Assembly (NCBI GenBank): GCA_963725875.1
Contig: CAVRZZ010000004.1
Span: 279,758 to 343,757, forward strand
Length of the DNA stretch: 64,000 nt
From: an uncultured Chloroflexia bacterium
GTDB taxonomy: Bacteria; Chloroflexota; Limnocylindria; Limnocylindrales; CSP1-4
Direction of reading: 5' to 3'
Part shown: piece after piece, positions 25,401 through 33,734 of the stretch
Position numbering within the stretch: the stretch's first letter is position 1
How the letters are laid out: each line of letters opens with the position of its first letter
Notes under the pieces: model-generated
The model's database searches: none
What the model was told of the DNA's origin: nothing
Seen by the model: only the letters and a program-made list of their open reading frames with translations
Made by a program: the position numbers and the translations under genes

Positions 25401-26382
25401 CGCTGCGGATGGCCGGGACCAGGCCGGCCCGGACGGCGCTGGACTTGCCGCTGCCGCTCGGGCCGACGACGACGAGGAGCCGGCCGGCTCGGGCCACGTC
25501 CCCCAGGCGCTCGACCAGGCGGGCGACGAGCGCCTCCCGGCCGAAGAAGTCGGGGCTGTCCGCCTCCGAGAACGGCCGCAGGCCCTTGTACGGGTTGCGG
25601 GCCCTGCGCTGCCGCGCCGGCACCTCGAGTCGCCGGTCCTGGCGCAGGATCCAGCCCTCGAGCTGCTGGAGCTCGGGGCCCGGGTCGATGCCGAGCTCGC
25701 CACCCAGCATGCGGCGACCTTCGCCGTAGGTCCGGAGCGCCTCCGCCTGCCGCCCGGCCCGATAGAGCGCGACCATGAGCTGGCCGCGCAGGCGTTCGCG
25801 CAGGGGTTCCTGCGCGACGAGCGCCTGGAGCTCGTCGATCACGTCGGGATGCCGGCCAAGCGCGAGGTCGGCCTCCATCCGGTCCTCCAGGGCCCGCAGG
25901 TGGAGCTCGTCCAGGCGCCGGATCTCGGGCTGGACGAACGACTCGTCGGCCAGCTCGGCATACGCCGCGCCGCGCCACAGTGCCAGAGCCTCGTTGAAGT
26001 GCGTGCGGGCCGTCTCGGGATCGCCGGCGAGGACGGCACGCCCCTGCGAGGCCAGCCGCTCGAAGCGGACCGCATCGATCCGGACCGGCTCCACCCGCAG
26101 GACATAGCCGGCCGGCTCCGTCGCCAGGACTCCGTTCAATGAGCCCCGCGACCGTCCCGGGTCCAACGCGTCGCGGAGCCGGGAGACGTGGAAGGCGACG
26201 GTCTTGGCGCCGCTGTCCGGGGGCTCGTCGCCCCACAGCTCGTCGATGATCCGCTCGGCGGAGACGACGCGGTTCGCGTGGATGACGAGGAACGCGAGCA
26301 GGGCCAGCTGCCGGCCTGAGGCGACCGTGAGCCGCCGGCCGTCCTCGACGACCTCGACCGCGCCCAGGACGCGGAACTCCAT
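22480..26382 (-). CDS. one-component membrane regulator: SARP/OmpR-type winged helix + BTAD + NB-ARC/STAND P-loop ATPase + TM helix + C-terminal extracytoplasmic solute-binding (SBP_bac_1-like) domain
   Basis: 'MEFRVLGAVEVVEDGRRLTV...' is SARP/AfsR-like. Walker A 'VVVGPSGSGKSS'. TM 'LRALVAVLAIAALVATSLSVVVY'. C-terminal 'LVWYPKVAFERAGYAVP...TPWCLGIEAG...AAFPFPAG' resembles sugar ABC substrate-binding proteins. 1300 aa. Confidence 0.85.
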   Translation of the reverse strand: MEFRVLGAVEVVEDGRRLTVASGRQLALLAFLVIHANRVVSAERIIDELWGDEPPDSGAKTVAFHVSRLRDALDPGRSRGSLNGVLATEPAGYVLRVEPVRIDAVRFERLASQGRAVLAGDPETARTHFNEALALWRGAAYAELADESFVQPEIRRLDELHLRALEDRMEADLALGRHPDVIDELQALVAQEPLRERLRGQLMVALYRAGRQAEALRTYGEGRRMLGGELGIDPGPELQQLEGWILRQDRRLEVPARQRRARNPYKGLRPFSEADSPDFFGREALVARLVERLGDVARAGRLLVVVGPSGSGKSSAVRAGLVPAIRSGALAGSEGWPIAVMLPGARPFRELAAALGAAGSGAPHEDAERLRHDLAGAVALALPDDVAHLVLVVDQIEELWSLVDDEAERTSFLAGLVEALSARESRLLVVATLRADFLDRPLRSPGLGELVRAGTELVTPLTRDELERAIVRPAGSVGVDLEPGLATEVIADVARQPGELPLLQYALTELFERSDGQRLTREAYAAVGGVLGALGRRADDVYAGLDAEGREISRQAFLRLVVPGESGEPTARRVARSELRTLADDQRPIDEALDAFGRGRLLSFDRDAVTGEPFVLVAHEALLARWPRLGGWIEEAREDLWTRRRLADAAADWIRSGRDPGYLLSGSRLGLFASWAASTDLRLDLPERQLLDASDAERRRLDEAAATQVAHERALERRATTRLRALVAVLAIAALVATSLSVVVYGQGEAAREKGALASARELAAASIGNLGTDPQLSLLLAWQAADATSDRGYVVEEAMDALHWALQASHIAYPASAAPVAVRAGPGDPRGVMLLAPELLMTLAATAAGRGLTPGECRTYLHREACSTTSAAGSSVEDVYTASGVVPVERLASRSLAGSRVEAVSQLQVDLAPVVSAFENETGIDVTGATAADGDLEARVAAGDLPDVAIVSRPGLVAELARAGLLVDMSGFVDVARLRAIAGDYLVRLGTVGADGTWPAADGRLFGAPFATEAESLVWYPKVAFERAGYAVPRSSDDLAKLAERMVAEGRTPWCLGIEAGSDSGAGGVAFIEEVVLHTAGPRTFEALAAGRESFTGDPVRSAFLALGNLAFRDGYVLGGVASALRTPEAIAAWPMFVDPPECWLHLAGGTDRAAWPAGGSATLAAFPFPAGDPAYADEVRGRAFTVVVFHDRPEVRRFVDLLLDDQFAAAATTALVPAGIWPTGPTDPAVRLDEVTGREGERLRSALRAATFRVAASDLMPTPLAAAFAQATLTYLTWGEVSLGGVLGDIEEVRRGTK

Positions 26383-26572
26383 GGGCAGCTGCCCCCTCGG
26401 CGTGCCGCGATCCTAGGCCTTCGCCCGCGTGCTGACGACGGCCGTTCGGACCGATTCGATCCGCTGAGACCGGGGAGGGGCACCTGATCGCCCGAACGCC
26501 CGCGAGTCCTCGGGCGCGCGGGGCACCCGGTGGCCCGACGCTGAGGTGCGATCCCGCGGGCCGTTCTCTTTG

Positions 26573-28198
26573 TCAGCGGCTGAGCGGCACCCCCGCCATC
26601 CGCGCGGCGACGGCGCTGCGGCGCACCTTGCGGGTGTGCGTGCGCGGGAAGTCGGGCTCCGGGAACGGCGCCCGACCCGTGATCCGCTGGTGGACGGCCA
26701 GCCGCCGGTTCGCCGCGCCAACGGCGGCCGAGAGCGCGGTCTCCTCGTCCGCCGGCTGCTCGCTGAACGCGGCCCCCGGGCGATAGGCGAGCGCGATGCG
26801 ACCCGGTTCCGCCTCGTAGACGACCGGCTCCACGAGGCCCTCCTCGATCAGCGCCGCCTCGACGTCCTCGGGATGGACGTTCATCCCGTTCGGCAGGGCG
26901 ATGAGCGAGCGCGTCCGCCCGATCAGGCGCAGCGAGCCCGACGCGTCGACCTCGCCGATGTCGCCCGTCCGGTACCACCCGTCGGGCGTGAACGCCGCAG
27001 CCGTCGAATCCGGGTCCTGCCAGTACCCCGCGAAGACCGACGGCCCCCGGACGACCACCTCGCCGTCGGGCTCGACGCGGATCTTCAGCGGCGGGAGGGT
27101 CCAGCCGACCCGGCCGGGCGGCGTGCGCCCGCGGAAGTTGGTGGTGACGAGACCCGCCTCGGTGGAGCCGTACCCCTGGACCACCTCGACGCCGAGGGCC
27201 TCCCAGTTGCGTTGGAGGGTCGGCGAGAGGTGCGCGGCCGAGCAGAGCACGAGGCGCAGCTCGCCGCCCAGCGCGGCGTGCACCTTCTTGAACAGGCGTC
27301 GCCGGAGCTCCATCGGGAGGTACGGCGCGAAGCGGAGCGCACGGCGGAAGGTCGTACCGCTGCCGGAGCGGTCCGCTTCGCGGCGGATGGCGCCGAAAAG
27401 CAGCTCGAGGACCTGCGGCACGACCACGAGCGCGGTGGCGCGGTGGCCCTTGATCGCCGCCGCGATGACGTCCGGGCGGAGCGTGGTGATGTACTCGGTC
27501 TCGGCGCCCGCGGCGGCCGCGTACACCAGCCCGGCGACCTGCTCCATGATGTGGGACAGCGGCAGGATCGAGACGAACCGGTTGGCGCCCGCCGGGATCG
27601 CCGCCAGGCAGCGCTCGGTCGAGGCCAGCAGCATCGGCTGGGTGATGGTGACGCCCTTCGGGTTGCCGGTCGAGCCCGAGGTGCAGAGGATCTCGATCGG
27701 CTCGTCCGGCGGCGCGGGCGCGCGGGTCGCGAGGGCGGCCACCGCCCCGGACGGCGCCGGGTCGACGAGGTCGTCGAGGTCCATGACCGGCAGGTGCGCG
27801 AGGGCCGGGATCGTCACCGGCTCCAGCGTCGCCCCGGTGCCCAGCAGGATCGCCGTCGGCACCGTGAGCGCCGAGATCCGCTCGACCGTGTCGGGCGTCA
27901 TGCGCGTGTCGAGCGGCACGAGGATCACGTTTGCCCGGGCGGCCGCGAAGAGCGCCGCCGCGAACCCGGGCCCGGGTGCCCCCTGCACCAGGACGCGCTC
28001 GCCGGGCTGGAGGGCCGCCGCGAGCCGGGCCGCGGCGTTCTCGACGGCCGTCCCGAACTCCGTGAACGTCAGCGACTGCTCCCGCGTGGTCGACGTGCGC
28101 ACGCCGAGGAAGGGGGCGGAACCCTGCCTGGCGATCGCGCGCTCCAGCATCTGCGGAAGCGTGGGGGGCAGCGAGATCACGGGTGCGGCTGCGGACAC
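26573..28198 (-). CDS. AMP-dependent acyl-CoA synthetase/ligase (FadD-like)
   Basis: AMP-binding motif 'ILCTSGSTGNPKGV', 'GYGSTEAG', 'GWYRTGDIG', and C-terminal conserved Lys 'THTRKVRR'. The start is uncertain: GTG at 28198 or ATG at 28150. Confidence 0.8.
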   Translation of the reverse strand: MSAAAPVISLPPTLPQMLERAIARQGSAPFLGVRTSTTREQSLTFTEFGTAVENAAARLAAALQPGERVLVQGAPGPGFAAALFAAARANVILVPLDTRMTPDTVERISALTVPTAILLGTGATLEPVTIPALAHLPVMDLDDLVDPAPSGAVAALATRAPAPPDEPIEILCTSGSTGNPKGVTITQPMLLASTERCLAAIPAGANRFVSILPLSHIMEQVAGLVYAAAAGAETEYITTLRPDVIAAAIKGHRATALVVVPQVLELLFGAIRREADRSGSGTTFRRALRFAPYLPMELRRRLFKKVHAALGGELRLVLCSAAHLSPTLQRNWEALGVEVVQGYGSTEAGLVTTNFRGRTPPGRVGWTLPPLKIRVEPDGEVVVRGPSVFAGYWQDPDSTAAAFTPDGWYRTGDIGEVDASGSLRLIGRTRSLIALPNGMNVHPEDVEAALIEEGLVEPVVYEAEPGRIALAYRPGAAFSEQPADEETALSAAVGAANRRLAVHQRITGRAPFPEPDFPRTHTRKVRRSAVAARMAGVPLSR

Positions 28199-28508
28199 GG
28201 TCGACGGGCCTCGGTTGGGCGACCGCCGGGAGTGCCGAGCGGCAGGGTGGGAGGGGCCGGATGGCTCTCGGCGGCTGGGACGAGGAGAGCATATCCGCAT
28301 GGAGCCTCGGGCGCCGGCGGACGCCACGGCGCGAGGGAGGGTGGCATGGAACAGGCGAACGACACGCCCGGCGACGGGCTTCGCAGGGAGGTGGTACCAG
28401 TCCGCAGGCTCGCCGTACGCGATGAGCGAGCCCATCCTGCGCCGTCCACCGTCCGCCGGACGCTACCGGGCGCGCCGACTGACGCCCCGCGCAGCGCGGC
28501 TGCGGTCG

Positions 28509-28997
28509 TCAGCCCGCCCGGACGGGCGCGGCGCCCTCCTCGACCGGGAGCTCGATGATCGTCCGGATCTGCTCCGGCGGCGTCTCCGGCTCGCTCAGGT
28601 AGACCTCGCGGGGCGGCCCCGCGGCGGCGAACCCGTGGGCCTCGATCCAGGCCGTGATCTCGGCGTAGGCTTCCCCGACCGTGTCGTACGGACCGACGTG
28701 GAGAAGCGTCGCGAACGTACCGGCGGGGAGCTCCTGGAGCTGCCAGCCGGCCGGCGGCTCGACCGGCCGGGCCACCGGCGCGCAGATCTCGATGTCGAAC
28801 GGCTCGCCCGACGCCGGCGTCCCGTGGTAGATGACGAACGGCGGGCCGTCCGGCGCGGCTCCACGCGCACCGAGATGCCCGTAGACCTCGCCGAAGGCGG
28901 GCCCCATCACGCTGCCGATGTCGGCCAGCGTCACCGCGAACCACTTCGACACGACCAGGGCGGCCTCGCGCCGCCCGACCTTCACCTCGCGTCCCAT
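28509..28997 (-). CDS. GyrI-like/AraC-effector-binding small-molecule-binding domain protein
   Basis: 162 aa. 'YHGTPASGEPFDIEICAPV...TLLHVGPYDTVGEAYAEITAWIEAHG' matches the GyrI-like fold. Confidence 0.6.
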   Translation of the reverse strand: MGREVKVGRREAALVVSKWFAVTLADIGSVMGPAFGEVYGHLGARGAAPDGPPFVIYHGTPASGEPFDIEICAPVARPVEPPAGWQLQELPAGTFATLLHVGPYDTVGEAYAEITAWIEAHGFAAAGPPREVYLSEPETPPEQIRTIIELPVEEGAAPVRAG

Positions 28998-29072
28998 CCT
29001 GCGCGCCTCCTCGCCATCCCGCGCATGCTGACTCGCGGGCCGGCGACCATCCTGCGCGCCTCCCGCCCATCC
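28991..29072. repeat. 26-bp direct repeat (ccatcctgcgcgcctcc(t/c)cgcccatcc) x2 spanning the start of the GyrI-like gene and its upstream region; a second short repeat 'ggcggtcggcagt' x2 follows
   Basis: Read directly in the divergent GyrI-like/htrA intergenic region. Confidence 0.35.
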
Positions 29073-29380
29073 TGCCAGAGCCCTTCGACCCAGCGGTCGG
29101 CAGTTCGGTGGACTGGCGGTCGGCAGTCGGCGATCCGGCGGATCGTTGGCGCTTCCGGCGCCGATCGGCGCTGCCTGGTTGCCTCCCGCGTCGCCCGTTG
29201 CGAGCCGGCGACAAAGCGTCCGGTTGCGATCCGGCGCCCACCCGGCGAAGAAACCGCAACGTCAAGGAACCTTCACCACCTCGGCGGGCTCCCGTTCACC
29301 CGACATGACGATGCTGCACGACGACACCCCGGGCCCCAAGCACGTTCCTGTCGAGATCCCGCCCGGGTGGAAGGAAACCG

Positions 29381-30976
29381 ATGACCGACATGCAGCCCTC
29401 CTCGACCCCCGATCTCCCGCGGCCCCCCGCAGGTGCTCCGGGCCCCTCGTTCGACGCCGCACTCGCCGCGCAGGTCACGCCGGAGGCGACGCCCGTGGCG
29501 ACCCCCCCTGCGACGCCCCTGACCACCCCACCGGCAGACGGCGCCGAGGTCACCCAGCCGGTGCGATGGACGCCGGCGACCTCCACCACCGAGACCGCCG
29601 ATCCGCGCGTCGAGCCCCCCGCTCCCGCGCCCTGGACCGCCCCGCCGCCCGATTCCGTCGCGCCCCAGCGCGCCCGCCGCGCGGTCGGGCCGGGGTTCGT
29701 CATGGCCGCCGTCCTCGCGACCGCGGTCCTCACCGCCGGTGGGACGTACGTCGCCGTGACCGCCGCGAACGGCGACACGTCGCTCCCCGCCGCACCGACC
29801 GGGGTCCAGACCGGGAACCAGGCAACGCCCACCCCCGCGACCGCCACGCCCGCCCCCGTGACCGCGGCGCCCGCCCCCGTCGCCAACGAAGGCTCCGTCG
29901 TCGAGGTCGTCAAGGCCGTCAGCCCGGCGGTGGTCACCATCGTCGCCGAGAGCGCCCAGGGGACGGGCACCGGCTCCGGCGTGATCTTCGACGCGAACGG
30001 CCTGATCCTCACGAACCGCCACGTCGTGTCGGGCAACCCCACCAAGCTGACGGTCAAGCTCAAGGACGGCCGCACGCTCGACGGGACGATCTACGGCATC
30101 GACACGCTCACCGACCTCGCCATCGTCAAGGTGAACGAGACCGGCCTCCCGACCGCCGCGATCGGCGACTCGTCGACGATCCAGGTGGGCCAGCAGGCGA
30201 TCGCGATCGGCAGCCCGCTCGGCGAGTTCACCGACTCGGTGACGACCGGGATCATCTCGGCGATCGGCCGGAGCATCGACGTCGAGGATGGCACGACGCT
30301 CTCGAACCTCCTCCAGACCGACACCGCCATCAACCCCGGCAACAGCGGCGGCCCGCTGCTCGACGGGAGCGGCAAAGTGATCGGCATCAACACCGCCATC
30401 GCCGGCAACGCCGAAGGAATTGGGTTCGCCATCCCGGTCAACATCGCCCGGCCGCTGCTCGCCCAGGCGTCCGCCGGCCAGCCGCTGGCCCGCGCGTGGC
30501 TCGGGATCCGCTTCCAGACGATCGATCCGGAGCTCAAGGCGGCGGCAAACCTGCCGGTCGACAACGGGGCGTGGATCCCGTCCTCTACCGCACTCAGCCA
30601 GGGGAACGCCGGGACGGAGACCCCGGCTCCCAGCCAGGACCCGAACTTCGGCCTGACACCCGACCAGCTCAACGAGCTCTTCAAGCAGTTCGGCATCGAC
30701 CCGAACCAGGTCCCGCAGGGCCAGCAGGGCCAGGGCCAGGGCCAGGCGGTGACCCCGCAGGATCCCATCGTCGCGGGCAGCCCGGCCGAGGCGGCCGGCC
30801 TCGCCGCCGGCGACATCATCACCGCGGTGGACGGCACGACGCTCGACGCGGCGCACCCGCTCGACCTCGTGATGAGCCAGCTCGCCCCGGGCGAGACGGC
30901 AAGCCTCGACGTCTTCCGCAACGGCCAGTCGATGAAGATCTCCATCACCCTGGGGACGCGTCCCGCGGACCTGTAG
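29381..30976 (+). CDS. htrA: HtrA/DegP-family trypsin-like serine protease with PDZ domain, membrane anchored
   Basis: GGAAGGA RBS. Catalytic triad context 'TNRHVV' (His), 'DLAIVKV' (Asp), 'GNSGGPL' (Ser). TM 'VMAAVLATAVLTAGGTYVAV'. C-terminal PDZ 'GSPAEAAGLAAGDIITAVDG'. Confidence 0.9.
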   Translation: MTDMQPSSTPDLPRPPAGAPGPSFDAALAAQVTPEATPVATPPATPLTTPPADGAEVTQPVRWTPATSTTETADPRVEPPAPAPWTAPPPDSVAPQRARRAVGPGFVMAAVLATAVLTAGGTYVAVTAANGDTSLPAAPTGVQTGNQATPTPATATPAPVTAAPAPVANEGSVVEVVKAVSPAVVTIVAESAQGTGTGSGVIFDANGLILTNRHVVSGNPTKLTVKLKDGRTLDGTIYGIDTLTDLAIVKVNETGLPTAAIGDSSTIQVGQQAIAIGSPLGEFTDSVTTGIISAIGRSIDVEDGTTLSNLLQTDTAINPGNSGGPLLDGSGKVIGINTAIAGNAEGIGFAIPVNIARPLLAQASAGQPLARAWLGIRFQTIDPELKAAANLPVDNGAWIPSSTALSQGNAGTETPAPSQDPNFGLTPDQLNELFKQFGIDPNQVPQGQQGQGQGQAVTPQDPIVAGSPAEAAGLAAGDIITAVDGTTLDAAHPLDLVMSQLAPGETASLDVFRNGQSMKISITLGTRPADL

Positions 30977-31026
30977 CACTGCCGCCGCGCCGCGGCCTGT
31001 CGCGTCCCGGCTGAGGCACGGCACCG

Positions 31027-31063
31027 CTCGAGGCCCTCGTCACCACCCGGTGGCGGGGGCCTC
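31027..31063 (+). terminator. GC-rich hairpin (CGAGGCCC...GGGCCTCG) downstream of htrA
   Basis: Read directly. It lies 50 nt after the htrA stop. Confidence 0.35.
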
Positions 31064-31240
31064 GGTCTGCCGGTTCACTCTCGACCACGGTGCGGGGACG
31101 AAACCATCCAGGCGTCCCGTGCCTCATGCCAGTGAGACCTTCGGTTCGGCGTGACTGCCGCCCGGGGCCGTGCGCCTGCCACACAGGAGCGGCCACCGGC
31201 GGCGGGCGGCCCCCGAACCGGTCGACGAACGGAGCGGCGC

Positions 31241-32488
31241 GTGACCACGAACCAGGCAAGCCATCGACTGCTGGCAGGCCCGCCCCCGGCCGGGGACGCC
31301 GAGCGTCTCGAGACGCACCGGGCCAGGCTCGGTCCCCTCCCGCGCTCCGGTGACCGCCGCGATCTCATCGCGAGCCTCGAGGCGAGCGGCCTGCTGGGGC
31401 GAGGCGGCGCCGGGTTCCCGGTGGGGCGCAAGTGGCGCGCCCTCGCGGAGCGCAGCCACGGCCGGGCCGTCGTCGTCGCCAACGGCGCCGAGGGCGAGCC
31501 GGGCAGCGCGAAGGACCGGGTCCTGATGTCCTACCGGCCGCACCTGGTGGTCGACGGCGCCGTCCTCGCCGCCGACGCCATCGGCGCGGGCGAGATCGTC
31601 TTCTACGTCGGCCGCGAGCACGGTTCCGCGGTCGCCTCGATCGCCCGGGCGATCGAGGAGCGGAAGGCCGAGGTCCGCCAGCCGATGCGCCTCGTGACGG
31701 CGCCGATCGGCTACGTCGCCGGCGAGGCCTCAGCGGCGGTCCACTACATCAACAGCGCGGACGCCCGGCCGATCACGACGCCGCCCCGCGTGTCCGAGCG
31801 GGGCGTGGCCGGCCGTCCGACGCTCGTCCAGAACGTCGAGAGCCTCGCCTACGCGGCCCTCATCGCCCGGTTCGGGGAGGAGTGGTACCGCTCGGCGGGC
31901 CGGCTCCAGTCCCGGGGAACGGCCCTCGTCACGGTCACCGGGGCCGTGCGCGAGCAGGGCGTCCGCGAGATCGAGCTGGGAACGACGGTCGGGGAGGTGG
32001 CCACGGCCGCCGGCGGCATCTCCAGCGGCGTCCAGGCGGTCGTGCTGGGAGGCTACTTCGGGACGTGGGCCCGGGCCGGCGACGCCTGGGGCCTGCCGCT
32101 CGACCCCGCCGTGATGCGGGCGCACGGCCTGACGTTCGGCTGCGGGATGGTCGGCCTGCTGCCCACCGACGTGTGCGGCGTGTCGGCCACGGCCGAGATC
32201 ATGGCGTTCATGGCGGAGGAGAGCGCGGGCCAGTGCGGCCCGTGCGTCTTCGGGCTGCGAGCGATCGGGGACGCGACGCGGCGGATCGCGGACGGTGTCG
32301 CGGGCGCCGCGGAGCTCGGCGACGTCGAGCGGTGGACGGCGCAGGTCCCCGGGCGCGGCGCGTGCCACCACCCCGATGGCGCGGTCCAGCTCATGGTCAG
32401 CGCCCTCAACGTCTTCGGCGACGAGTTCGCCCGCCACGCGCGAACCGGCCGGTGCTCGGTCACGGGCTCGCGCGTCGAGGTGGCCTGA
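31241..32488 (+). CDS. NuoF-like (complex I 51-kDa family) NAD(H)-binding flavoprotein with SLBB and 4Fe-4S domains, stand-alone
   Basis: 'GLLGRGGAGFPVGRKW' matches the NuoF 'GRGGAGFPTGxKW'. C-terminal Cys cluster 'CGPCVFG...GACHHPDG'. The GTG start has a GGAG RBS. Confidence 0.8.
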   Translation: MTTNQASHRLLAGPPPAGDAERLETHRARLGPLPRSGDRRDLIASLEASGLLGRGGAGFPVGRKWRALAERSHGRAVVVANGAEGEPGSAKDRVLMSYRPHLVVDGAVLAADAIGAGEIVFYVGREHGSAVASIARAIEERKAEVRQPMRLVTAPIGYVAGEASAAVHYINSADARPITTPPRVSERGVAGRPTLVQNVESLAYAALIARFGEEWYRSAGRLQSRGTALVTVTGAVREQGVREIELGTTVGEVATAAGGISSGVQAVVLGGYFGTWARAGDAWGLPLDPAVMRAHGLTFGCGMVGLLPTDVCGVSATAEIMAFMAEESAGQCGPCVFGLRAIGDATRRIADGVAGAAELGDVERWTAQVPGRGACHHPDGAVQLMVSALNVFGDEFARHARTGRCSVTGSRVEVA

Positions 32489-32489
32489 G

Positions 32490-32711
32490 ATGGACCGCAG
32501 GCTCCGCGTGGACTGGATCAAGTGCGACGGCTACGGACTGTGCGGCGACCTCGCCCCGGATCTCATCGACCTCGACGACTGGCGGTACCCGGTCATTCGC
32601 CCGGGCGCGGTCGATCGCGGCGACCTGCACGACGCCCAGCGGGCCGTCGACTGCTGTCCGATGGGAGCGCTCATCCTCGAGCAGGTGCCCGCGGACCGGC
32701 GGACGGCCTGA
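32490..32711 (+). CDS. small ferredoxin (single-cluster, 3Fe-4S/4Fe-4S type)
   Basis: 73 aa. 'MDRRLRVDWIKCDGYGLCGDLAPDLIDL...VDCCPMGAL'. The start is 1 nt after the NuoF-like stop. Confidence 0.7.
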   Translation: MDRRLRVDWIKCDGYGLCGDLAPDLIDLDDWRYPVIRPGAVDRGDLHDAQRAVDCCPMGALILEQVPADRRTA

Positions 32712-32775
32712 CCTCCGCGCGGAGCAGCGAGGCCTCGGCGGCCCCGACGGCCGGCCGACCGGAGGCTGGGGGCCC

Positions 32776-33534
32776 CTACGTGCCCAGGTAGATGCGGATC
32801 CCGGCCACGATCCCGATCGCGTAGCGGTCGCGGCCGGTGGCGCTCTTCATGCGCCGCGCGTCGCCGGCGTTCTTCATGTTGCCGAGCTCCACCATGACCA
32901 CCGGGATGTCCGACAGGTTGAACGTGGCGTAGTCCGTCCGGTTCCTGATCCCGGCGGTGGCGTAGTAGTTCGCGATCGGCAGGCCGGCCCGCACGAGCCC
33001 TGCTCGCACCGCCCGGGCGAGCGTCGCCGAGCGCCCGTAGATGTCGTCGGTGTAACCGCGGACCAGGCCCGGCTTCATGACGTAGAAGCCGCGGTGGGAC
33101 GAGGCCGAGCCGTCGGCGTGGATGGCGACGGTCAGCCGCGCGTGCACCTTCGTGCCGAGCTTCCCGCGCACGTCGACGCACGGGCCGACGCCCGTGTCGC
33201 TCGGGCGGGTCATGTAGACCGTCGCCCCGAGCGCCTGGAGGCGCGCCTTGACGCGCAGCGCCACGGCGTAGTTGAACCGGTGCTCCGGGTACCCGGAGAC
33301 CGTCGTCGTCCCGACCGTGGCGCAGGCCCGCCACCCGGTCCCCGTCCAGACCTTGCGCGAGATCTGGGCGATGTGCGTCGCGTTGCCGCCGTTGTGCCCG
33401 GGATCGACCGCGATGACGACGCCCGCGAGGGGCAGGGCGGCTGCGTCGGCGTGGATGGCGGAGGGCGGTGCGAGGCCGAGGGTACTGGCGAGCATGATCG
33501 CGACGACGATCAGTGTGAGGCGGCGGAGGTCCAT
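32776..33534 (-). CDS. N-acetylmuramoyl-L-alanine amidase (Amidase_3 family), secreted
   Basis: Signal 'MDLRRLTLIVVAIMLASTLGLA'. 'VIAVDPGHNGGN' zinc-binding start and 'AHADGSAS...VMVELGNMKNAGDA' as in AmiA/CwlM-type amidases. Confidence 0.8.
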   Translation of the reverse strand: MDLRRLTLIVVAIMLASTLGLAPPSAIHADAAALPLAGVVIAVDPGHNGGNATHIAQISRKVWTGTGWRACATVGTTTVSGYPEHRFNYAVALRVKARLQALGATVYMTRPSDTGVGPCVDVRGKLGTKVHARLTVAIHADGSASSHRGFYVMKPGLVRGYTDDIYGRSATLARAVRAGLVRAGLPIANYYATAGIRNRTDYATFNLSDIPVVMVELGNMKNAGDARRMKSATGRDRYAIGIVAGIRIYLGT

Positions 33535-33734
33535 GCCCGGGAGTGTACCGACGACGTCCAGCCGATCCGATGCCCCGATCCGATGCCCCGGAAGTCCCGT
33601 GGCCGGCCGTCGGCGGGCAAGGTACCCTGTGCGGGCTGGGGCGGCAGGCGGGCGCACCAGGTCAGCGAACCGCCGAACCACCGCAACAGGATGGGGGATC
33701 GGATCGTCCCAGCACGTACGGCCGGAGGCGCGCC

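Noticed and set aside
26546-28558. 670-aa plus-strand ORF antisense to the acyl-CoA synthetase gene
   Set aside because: It has no motifs. The opposite strand has canonical AMP-binding signatures.
29255-29300. Possible ECF-type promoter (GGAACC ... CGTT) upstream of htrA
   Set aside because: The spacer between the candidate -35 and -10 is about 22 nt, too long for known ECF promoters. It is not supported.
29273-31024. 583-aa minus-strand ORF antisense to htrA
   Set aside because: It has a Gly/Arg/Asp-rich artefactual translation. The htrA strand has the catalytic triad and PDZ domain.
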